The position numbers and the translations under genes are program-made. Below the pieces are notes generated by a model. It saw nothing but the letters and a program-made list of their open reading frames with translations. It had not been told where the DNA came from and did no database searches. Shown piece after piece: positions 14,205-20,271 of a stretch of 20,271 bases of DNA; position 1 is the first letter of the stretch, and each line of letters begins with the position of its first letter. Source of the stretch: a virus; IMG/VR virus record IMGVR_UViG_3300027809_000005; one strand, 5' to 3'.

Positions 14205-15512
14205 ATGGAAAACAAGCATTTAACAAGTCAAGAGAAAGAAGCATTACTTACACAGGAAGGCGCGTATTCAGCAGTAATGGGTTATTTAATGGCGGAGCGA
14301 GGCAAGATTGCTCCTGCCGTTTTCAATAAGCACGTTGCAGAATTAGGTTATTTGAAGTTAAACCGGGATGACCTAATCGACTTTGCTAAAGTAATGGACG
14401 AAGATGAAGTATTGTCTTCCCTTTACAATAAAGCAAAGACACGATTAATTAAGCTGGACGAAATTCCTAATGGTATTGGAGACACCGATGAACTAACAGA
14501 GAGTGACTTGTTTAATCTTGTTACAAATTATCTAGTAGACAACGAGGAGAATAACGCTAGACTGCGTGAAATGCGTCATTTACAACGTAAAGGCATTTAC
14601 ATGAAGCAACTAATGGACGGAATTAAGAAATACCTTGTAGACGAGCTAAAAGGTATGCCTCGTATGAAGTATTTGACAACACCTACTGTCCCACCACAAA
14701 AAGGGGACAAGAGTATTATCTTAATCGTATCTGATTGGCATATTGGGGCTGTTGTTCATAATCCTGACACAGGCGGATACAACTTTAAAAAGCTAACATT
14801 ACAGGTAGATAACATGATTAACGTATTGCTTGAATTGATTGAAGATTTAGATATTAAGCATGTATACGTTTTCCATGCAGGAGACACAATTGAACATATT
14901 AACATGAGAAATGTTAACCAAGCGTTTGAATCAGAATTTAGTGCTGTTCAGCAAATTGCTAAAGCTTACCGTTTAATCATTGATTTACTAATTAAGTTGT
15001 CTAGTAGAGTTCATGTGACGTTTGGAGCAGTAGCAGGGAACCATGACCGATTCCAAGGGAATAAGAATGATAAGATTTACAATGATACCGTGACGTATAT
15101 TCTTGTGGACGTTCTGGACATGCTACAGGATACATTCGGACAACTTCCTAACGTTACTCTAATTGACAACCGGGAAGATACGTACGAGTTTACAGTTAAA
15201 GTAGCAGGCAAACGAGTTAAGGTAAAACATGGAGATCACGAGAAGAAAAAGGATGACCAAAAAATACCTAAGCATATTAAGGAAGAACCAATTGATTACT
15301 ACATCATGGGGCATATTCATACTTCTCGTTTTATTCAAGAAGATTATCACCGATTCCATGTGTACGCAGGTAGCCCGATGGGTGCTAACGGTTTCTCTAA
15401 AGAGCTAGAGCTACCCACTACTACTGCGTCACAGCTTATCATGGTGCTTACAGAGGGAAGTAACACACCATACTTCATCCCTCTTATGTTTAATAAGGAG
15501 GGCAACCTATAA
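14205..15512 (+). CDS. Calcineurin-like metallophosphoesterase (Mre11/SbcD-like motifs) with helical N-terminal extension
   Basis: All five motifs are intact: SDWHIG, AGDTIE, AGNHDR, KHGD and MGHIH. Confidence 0.9.
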   Translation: MENKHLTSQEKEALLTQEGAYSAVMGYLMAERGKIAPAVFNKHVAELGYLKLNRDDLIDFAKVMDEDEVLSSLYNKAKTRLIKLDEIPNGIGDTDELTESDLFNLVTNYLVDNEENNARLREMRHLQRKGIYMKQLMDGIKKYLVDELKGMPRMKYLTTPTVPPQKGDKSIILIVSDWHIGAVVHNPDTGGYNFKKLTLQVDNMINVLLELIEDLDIKHVYVFHAGDTIEHINMRNVNQAFESEFSAVQQIAKAYRLIIDLLIKLSSRVHVTFGAVAGNHDRFQGNKNDKIYNDTVTYILVDVLDMLQDTFGQLPNVTLIDNREDTYEFTVKVAGKRVKVKHGDHEKKKDDQKIPKHIKEEPIDYYIMGHIHTSRFIQEDYHRFHVYAGSPMGANGFSKELELPTTTASQLIMVLTEGSNTPYFIPLMFNKEGNL

Positions 15513-15886
15513 TGCTAGATTTATTAGGTAATATTTTCATAGTCGTAATTCTTTGTACTTTTGTAGTTAATCTATTCGGAGTAAGCAAGAAAACGAAATT
15601 GCTAAAGCAGCAAGGGGAAGACCCGCTTGTTCCACTAAGCTTAACCCTTGTTATTGTTGCTGCACTTGCTGAGTATGTATTAATTACCTTGCTAATAACT
15701 GCCGTATTCGACTGGTTCAACGTAAAAGTGACACTGGTACCAGTCGTAACTGTCTTTGCAGCAGGGTACGTACTCCGTAATGCATCAGCATGGTTGTCTG
15801 CTTGGGGTGTCGTTTCTACTTATACGTATATAGAGAGACGAAAGATGAAGAAACAAATATTAGAGGACAAAGAGACAGCGCTATAA
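15512..15886 (+). CDS. Membrane protein (about 3 TM helices)
   Basis: Three hydrophobic stretches, RBS AAGGAGG, start coupled to the upstream stop. Confidence 0.8.
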   Translation: MLDLLGNIFIVVILCTFVVNLFGVSKKTKLLKQQGEDPLVPLSLTLVIVAALAEYVLITLLITAVFDWFNVKVTLVPVVTVFAAGYVLRNASAWLSAWGVVSTYTYIERRKMKKQILEDKETAL

Positions 15887-15901
15887 GCTGTCTTTTCTTT
15901 T
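15874..15901 (+). terminator. Rho-independent terminator
   Basis: GACAGC-gctataa-GCTGTC stem-loop followed by TTTTCTTTT. Confidence 0.7.
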
Positions 15902-15928
15902 ATAAAAAAAAAAAGTTTTAAAAAGTAC

Positions 15929-15958
15929 TAGACAAGTAGTCTATAACCATGCTATACT
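15929..15958 (+). promoter_or_regulatory. Sigma-A-type promoter with A-tract UP element
   Basis: TAGACA (15929-15934), 18-nt spacer, TATACT (15953-15958) with the TG extension. A11 tract at 15904-15914. Confidence 0.7.
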
Positions 15959-15999
15959 AAGCTTGTATCACACAGACAACCTATAAAGGAGGAAACAAA

Positions 16000-16314
16000 A
16001 TGTTCACAGAGAAGAGAGTACCAATCATCGATCGAACAGTTGTAGAGGAGGAGGATTTTATTACTTTTTGTACAGTAGATAAGGAGTACACTAGTGCAGA
16101 TGGAGATTATATCTGGGTACAAGGTGAAGCAGTTAATGGCATCGTGTATAGTGTTCAAGAAGAAGTAGTACGAATTGTAAACTCTGCTGAGGAGTACACG
16201 GATTTATACATGCATAGTTTGTTAGGTTCTCCTACATTTGATGAAGACATAAACAATTCAGGTCACAAGGTTTTAGGTATTATGAAAAACGCTATCTCAA
16301 AGGAGGATAAATAG
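16000..16314 (+). CDS. Hypothetical protein, paralog 1 of tandem trio
   Basis: RBS AAGGAGG. Shares the NGIVYSV..VRI..LLGSPTFD pattern with the next two ORFs. Confidence 0.8.
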   Translation: MFTEKRVPIIDRTVVEEEDFITFCTVDKEYTSADGDYIWVQGEAVNGIVYSVQEEVVRIVNSAEEYTDLYMHSLLGSPTFDEDINNSGHKVLGIMKNAISKEDK

Positions 16315-16315
16315 T

Positions 16316-16621
16316 ATGTTTGCTAAGAAGGAAATTGACGTTTTTGACAAAGAAATATTCGAGAAAGGGAAAGTAGTCATCTACTGTTCTGTAAGTAAAC
16401 TAGGAGGTGATATGTTTCAGGAAGGTATATCTCTTGCGGGGATTGTTACAGAAGTTACAGAGAGCCATATTCGTCTCATGACTTGGAGCGGAGACAAGCA
16501 CACCATTTTTGTTCACCAGCTGCTAGGTTCTCCGGCACTTGATAAGACTAACGGTAGACTTTTTAAGATTTTCAGTGTTTTCTCTCCAAAAGAATTAAAA
16601 GAACTAGGAAAGGAGCAATAA
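16316..16621 (+). CDS. Hypothetical protein, paralog 2 of tandem trio
   Basis: RBS AAGGAGG. AGIVTEV..IRL..LLGSPALD. Confidence 0.8.
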   Translation: MFAKKEIDVFDKEIFEKGKVVIYCSVSKLGGDMFQEGISLAGIVTEVTESHIRLMTWSGDKHTIFVHQLLGSPALDKTNGRLFKIFSVFSPKELKELGKEQ

Positions 16622-16622
16622 C

Positions 16623-16934
16623 ATGTTAGAATTATTCAAAGCAAACACAGAGTATATCTTCGATTCCGAGAAGATTAAGGTAGGGAGTATTGTTGCACTA
16701 CGTAGAATTGCAACAGACGGTACATTCGATGAAAGCTTTAGCTGGGATAGAGTCCCATTACTGAATGCTTTAGTTACAGCAGTAGACCGTGAAAACATTC
16801 GTATACTGACCCCTTATGGAGAGTATGTCGATATTATCTCAGCCTGTGTTGTTGATTCTCCGTCATTTGACCCGACAATCGGAATAATTGTTAAGATTTA
16901 CGCTGTAACAGATTCAATCTATACTGGAGAGTGA
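16623..16934 (+). CDS. Hypothetical protein, paralog 3 of tandem trio
   Basis: RBS AAGGAG. NALVTAV..IRI..VVDSPSFD. Confidence 0.8.
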   Translation: MLELFKANTEYIFDSEKIKVGSIVALRRIATDGTFDESFSWDRVPLLNALVTAVDRENIRILTPYGEYVDIISACVVDSPSFDPTIGIIVKIYAVTDSIYTGE

Positions 16935-16938
16935 GATC

Positions 16939-17553
16939 ATGGCAACGAACGACTGGACAGAATTAATCAACCCTAACACAGACATTCTCCGCTACATCAA
17001 AAAAGGTGTTCTATACGTAAGAAAGCAGCCCTTCTACGTTGTAGAACTTATAAAAGAGAATCAAGTAGCCTACGTGATTGTGTATAAAGTACACCCGGGC
17101 ACAGAAGACAACCCTAAGAAAGCCGCTACAGAGGTGGTAGTAAACAATGGTAAGTATAGTACTCGATCACTCTTAGCGCAGCTAGCAAGTCGTTACTTCC
17201 CATCTAAGAAGACGACAAAATGGATTCCTAACCCTCCGGTGTTTATTGCACCTGTCGTACCTAACCAGCAGGATACATTCACAGGTAAAATCGAGTCGGG
17301 GTTCTTTGAAAGAGAAGAAGACCGTTTCGATGTAATAGGAGGAGAAAAGAAGTTTATCAGGGGAGAAAATACAGGAGTGTTTATCGGACTTTCTTCTATT
17401 GATTGGGAAGACGGGTATAGCATTCCAACAGAGTCACTTGTAAAAGCTCTAGTAGAATATCAAACAAAAGATGACTTCTTTGATTTTACAGGCAATAATG
17501 AAGATAAGAATAACCCACTAGCTTCATATTATGAGGGAGGAAAATTAAAATGA
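16939..17553 (+). CDS. Conserved phage hypothetical protein
   Basis: 204-aa ORF, RBS GGAG, overlaps the next gene (ATGA). Confidence 0.75.
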   Translation: MATNDWTELINPNTDILRYIKKGVLYVRKQPFYVVELIKENQVAYVIVYKVHPGTEDNPKKAATEVVVNNGKYSTRSLLAQLASRYFPSKKTTKWIPNPPVFIAPVVPNQQDTFTGKIESGFFEREEDRFDVIGGEKKFIRGENTGVFIGLSSIDWEDGYSIPTESLVKALVEYQTKDDFFDFTGNNEDKNNPLASYYEGGKLK

Positions 17554-17828
17554 AAAGAAAATTAATGATTGTAGCTGTTCTGACAGGTTTAATGATTGCT
17601 TCAGTAGGTTGCCAACAAGCAGCTAAACGCTTCGGAGGGTCTATCACAGTAGACTTACCGAAAGGAGAGAAACTAGTAAATGTAACTTGGAAGGATAGTA
17701 GCTTATGGTATCTAACACGTCCGATGACAAAGAATGACAAAGTAGAAACGTACAAATTTAAGGAAGATAGTAATTTTGGTATTCTAGAAGGTACTGTAAC
17801 TATTAAAGAACACAAAGGAGGAAAATAG
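17550..17828 (+). CDS. Putative lipoprotein
   Basis: Signal peptide MKRK plus hydrophobic core, ending in the lipobox-like SVGC. The mature part FGG..TVDLPKGEKLVNVTWK...LWYLTRPM is a common phage family as I recall it. Confidence 0.75.
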   Translation: MKRKLMIVAVLTGLMIASVGCQQAAKRFGGSITVDLPKGEKLVNVTWKDSSLWYLTRPMTKNDKVETYKFKEDSNFGILEGTVTIKEHKGGK

Positions 17829-17829
17829 G

Positions 17830-18117
17830 ATGAATATTATGATTGGTAACGATTATAAGTTAACTGCTGATATGCATAATGTTATTTTGAACAGACGTAC
17901 AATGACAGTAGTAGACGGAGTAGAGGTACCTAGTGATAACTTTAAACAAATTGCTTTCTATCCGAACGTTCCTATCGCTTGTGCAGCTCTTCTAACGAAA
18001 GACATTCTATCATCTAGTGAAGCAGAGTCCATTCAAGAGCTTATGGAATTTGTTAAGATGACCGAGGAACAGATTCTTACAGCAGTCAAAGAGTACGTGA
18101 AGGAGGTGAAAGCGTGA
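17830..18117 (+). CDS. Hypothetical protein, DUF5405-like
   Basis: IMIGNDYKLTADMHNVILN...IAFYPNV..A..ALL resembles the DUF5405 pattern as I recall it. RBS AAGGAGG. Confidence 0.55.
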   Translation: MNIMIGNDYKLTADMHNVILNRRTMTVVDGVEVPSDNFKQIAFYPNVPIACAALLTKDILSSSEAESIQELMEFVKMTEEQILTAVKEYVKEVKA

Positions 18118-18308
18118 CTCCTATATTCATCGAAGAGGTACATACAGTGGAGGTACAACAAACAGACCTTACAAAGAACCTAGAAGGGCATAATGTGTTA
18201 AAAGTTTCCCTAACAGGGAGACATAAGGGGATAACCCAGAAGTACTATCGTATCTGGACAGAGCACCAATGGGAAGAAATTAAAAAGCAAGGTTACTTCT
18301 TGCAGTAG
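18114..18308 (+). CDS. Hypothetical protein
   Basis: RBS AAGGAGGTG, GTG start overlapping the upstream stop. Confidence 0.7.
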   Translation: MTPIFIEEVHTVEVQQTDLTKNLEGHNVLKVSLTGRHKGITQKYYRIWTEHQWEEIKKQGYFLQ

Positions 18309-18318
18309 GAGGACAATT

Positions 18319-18510
18319 ATGGAATGGGTTATTAGTTTCGGAATTGTAATAGCAGGGATATTTGTTTTCCTTTCCCTGCTAGTTGGATTAGCTTGGCTTA
18401 GAGGTGGAAAGGCGCATGAAAACGACTTCTGGGTTGCTATAGGGTTTATAATTTTTATGGTTGCATCCACGTATTTTGTACATGACATGTTCTTTGTAGG
18501 AGGGAAATAA
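18319..18510 (+). CDS. Small membrane protein (2 TM)
   Basis: RBS AGGAGG and two hydrophobic helices. Confidence 0.75.
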   Translation: MEWVISFGIVIAGIFVFLSLLVGLAWLRGGKAHENDFWVAIGFIIFMVASTYFVHDMFFVGGK

Positions 18511-18511
18511 T

Positions 18512-18931
18512 ATGAAAACAGCATTAAAAGCAACAAAACAGGTAGGTATATACATTTTAGAGCTACTCTACCTAATTGCTATGTGGGTAGTTATCAACAT
18601 TACTACTTCAGGACTAATAAAAGAAGGACATGTAGTATCAGCTATCATCTTCCTGTTTGTTGCATTCTATCTTGTGCTGCTATCTATGAGAATGTATAGT
18701 AACTGGAAGAGTAAGCGAGTAGAAGGTCTAACCACTACACTAAAACACACATTGGTTGAAGAAGCAACATATGTCTTTACAATCACGGTTCTTGCCTCTC
18801 TTGTGTACACTGGCGTTGAATTATATCATCATAAAACTTTACTGTTCTACGGGTTCACAGGGGCATTTGTGCTTTCTGTTGTATGCCTTATTATTACAGG
18901 AGTTATTAAAGTAACGGGACGGGGGAACTAA
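18512..18931 (+). CDS. Membrane protein (4 TM)
   Basis: RBS AGGAGG and four hydrophobic helices in two pairs. Confidence 0.75.
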   Translation: MKTALKATKQVGIYILELLYLIAMWVVINITTSGLIKEGHVVSAIIFLFVAFYLVLLSMRMYSNWKSKRVEGLTTTLKHTLVEEATYVFTITVLASLVYTGVELYHHKTLLFYGFTGAFVLSVVCLIITGVIKVTGRGN

Positions 18932-18934
18932 GAG

Positions 18935-19138
18935 ATGAATATAGGTGAAAAGGTACTAATGGCTCTTGCGATATTCGGTATACTTATGTTAGGTGCAGCT
19001 GTTTCTATAGGTCTTATCTTTGGGGTAGGATGGGTCTGTATAAGTGTACTCGGTCTATCTAGTAAGGTAGCAGGTATTATTGCCGTAGCAGTGTTCTTGT
19101 TTGTTTTAATTCTATTAGTAGTTTTCTTGGAGGGTTGA
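18935..19138 (+). CDS. Small membrane protein (2 TM)
   Basis: Almost wholly hydrophobic 67-aa protein, RBS GGGGG. Confidence 0.7.
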   Translation: MNIGEKVLMALAIFGILMLGAAVSIGLIFGVGWVCISVLGLSSKVAGIIAVAVFLFVLILLVVFLEG

Positions 19139-19141
19139 TAA

Positions 19142-19318
19142 ATGACAGCATTAATGTTTTCCTTACTGTTTGTTCTTAGTGGTTTTTGTGTAGGAGTAGC
19201 CGTAGCGTTCCTTTATAAAGAGGTATCAAAACTGGCAGCTATACTACTATTAATTATCTGGTTAGCGTCATTTGTCTATTCCTTAAACTTTTTAATACAG
19301 ATGGTAACATTCTGGTGA
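19142..19318 (+). CDS. Small membrane protein (2 TM), missing from the ORF track
   Basis: Hand translation: MTALMFSLLFVLSGFCVGVAVAFLYKEVSKLAAILLLIIWLASFVYSLNFLIQMVTFW* (58 aa). RBS GGAGGG; fills the gap between its neighbours. Confidence 0.75.
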   Translation: MTALMFSLLFVLSGFCVGVAVAFLYKEVSKLAAILLLIIWLASFVYSLNFLIQMVTFW

Positions 19319-19332
19319 GGAGGGTTGATTAA

Positions 19333-19521
19333 ATGCAAACAGCTCTAATAAACGCAGGGTTGCTTACTCTCCTCCTACTAGTTATCGTTCTATCTATTAT
19401 AGGTACAGGTTATCTTGCAGCTTGGATATCGGATAAGTTCGGTATCCTCTGGGGAGTACTACTGATCGTGCTTTACATGTTTGTTGTATCATTAATCTCA
19501 GAATTAACGGAGGCGCTATAA
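19333..19521 (+). CDS. Small membrane protein (2 TM)
   Basis: RBS AGGAGG and two hydrophobic helices. Confidence 0.75.
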   Translation: MQTALINAGLLTLLLLVIVLSIIGTGYLAAWISDKFGILWGVLLIVLYMFVVSLISELTEAL

Positions 19522-19700
19522 TGGAGATTATCTTGAATGCCCTAAAGTTCACTGTAGCGTTTATCCTAGTCTTTGGCGGAGCTCTCTCCGCTATAGCCCT
19601 TTTAATGTATGCGTTGGATAACTGGAGCACACGTTGGTCAGTAGCCCTAGTTGCCCTGTATATCTTCATATTCTCTATATTAGTACAATTAGACATATAG
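19521..19700 (+). CDS. Small membrane protein (2 TM), missing from the ORF track
   Basis: Hand translation: MEIILNALKFTVAFILVFGGALSAIALLMYALDNWSTRWSVALVALYIFIFSILVQLDI* (59 aa). RBS GGAGG, TAATG stop/start coupling. Confidence 0.75.
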   Translation: MEIILNALKFTVAFILVFGGALSAIALLMYALDNWSTRWSVALVALYIFIFSILVQLDI

Positions 19701-19712
19701 GGAGTGAGTTGT

Positions 19713-20271
19713 ATGGGTAAGTTTTACGAGGATGAAGTAAAAAAATTAATTTTAGAAAAGAAGCGTATATTTCTTACGGATGATACCAAGAATAGTACTG
19801 TAGTGTTCGAAAAGGCTATCTCTATCGGGTCTACAATCGCTGACTGTCTTATATTTAGTCAGGAGAAAGGGCTTATAGGGGTAGAGATTAAAACAGAGCA
19901 TGATACAACACGTAGGCTAAATAAGCAGCTAAAGAATTACAGTCAGGTTTGTGATATTGTCTACGTACTCTGTCATGATAACCATGTAGAGAAAACAGAG
20001 GATATTCTTGTAAAGAATGGACATCACCATGTAGGTATCATTGCGTATACTGTGTTCAGAGAGGAAGGGATACTTGGGATTTATAAGCCTGCACAGAGAT
20101 CACCTTATAAGAATGTACGTATGACGTTTCAGATGCTGTGGAAGGAAGAAATATCCAATATTCTAGGTAGTTTTAAACGCCAGATGAAAACTCTGGAAGA
20201 ACAGGGACTTAAAGTAGATATTGCCAAATCTCGTTCTAATGGGTTACATGGTCTTTATGTTCAGTCTAACG
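19713..20271 (+). CDS. sce7726-family PD-(D/E)XK nuclease-like protein, 3'-truncated by the window edge
   Basis: Hand translation MGKFYEDEVKKLIL...FEKAISIGSTIADCLIF...GVEIKTEHDTTRRLNKQLKNYSQVCDIVYVL shows the E..AD..EIK..D...RL..Q...Y pattern. RBS GGAGTG; the frame is open to the end. Confidence 0.75.
   Translation, partial: MGKFYEDEVKKLILEKKRIFLTDDTKNSTVVFEKAISIGSTIADCLIFSQEKGLIGVEIKTEHDTTRRLNKQLKNYSQVCDIVYVLCHDNHVEKTEDILVKNGHHHVGIIAYTVFREEGILGIYKPAQRSPYKNVRMTFQMLWKEEISNILGSFKRQMKTLEEQGLKVDIAKSRSNGLHGLYVQSN

Noticed and set aside
15904-15914. A11 homopolymer as a phase-variation tract
   Set aside because: It is intergenic and upstream of the -35 box, so length changes would not alter a frame or the promoter spacer. 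Better explained as a UP element or the opposite-strand tail of the terminator.
1584-19696. All minus-strand ORFs in the track (e.g. 1584-1826, 2967-3170, 8686-8931, 9929-10282, 17486-17815, 19397-19696)
   Set aside because: They are antisense shadows of well-supported plus-strand genes, with no recognisable motifs. The promoters and terminators found all point in the + direction.

Overview
This window is a gene-dense segment, coding entirely on the + strand, from a large lytic Bacillus-type phage. The gene order points to Herelleviridae (SPO1/Bastille/Twort-like), DNA metabolism and transcription region. Core order: end of the ribonucleotide reductase beta gene, small ORFs, conserved hypothetical, HU-like protein, family A DNA polymerase with an N-terminal UDG-like domain, UvsY-like mediator, SSB with a long Pro/Gln/Thr tail, RecA/UvsX, hypothetical, free-standing HNH endonuclease, phage sigma factor, SPP1-type holin, putative virion protein, DHH/DHHA1-like protein, metallophosphoesterase, accessory small genes, and a partial sce7726-like PD-(D/E)XK protein. 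The most notable items are: (1) a clear Tad1-family anti-Thoeris sponge between ssb and recA; (2) a probable Acb4-like sponge after nrdB; (3) an NrnB-like DHH/DHHA1 protein whose catalytic motifs all appear degenerate, close to an intact metallophosphoesterase; (4) a tandem trio of diverged ~100-aa paralogs behind their own sigma-A promoter; (5) an array of six small membrane proteins. No tRNA, rRNA, CRISPR, intron or intein was seen. All family assignments come from motif recognition and recalled family consensus; no searches were run.
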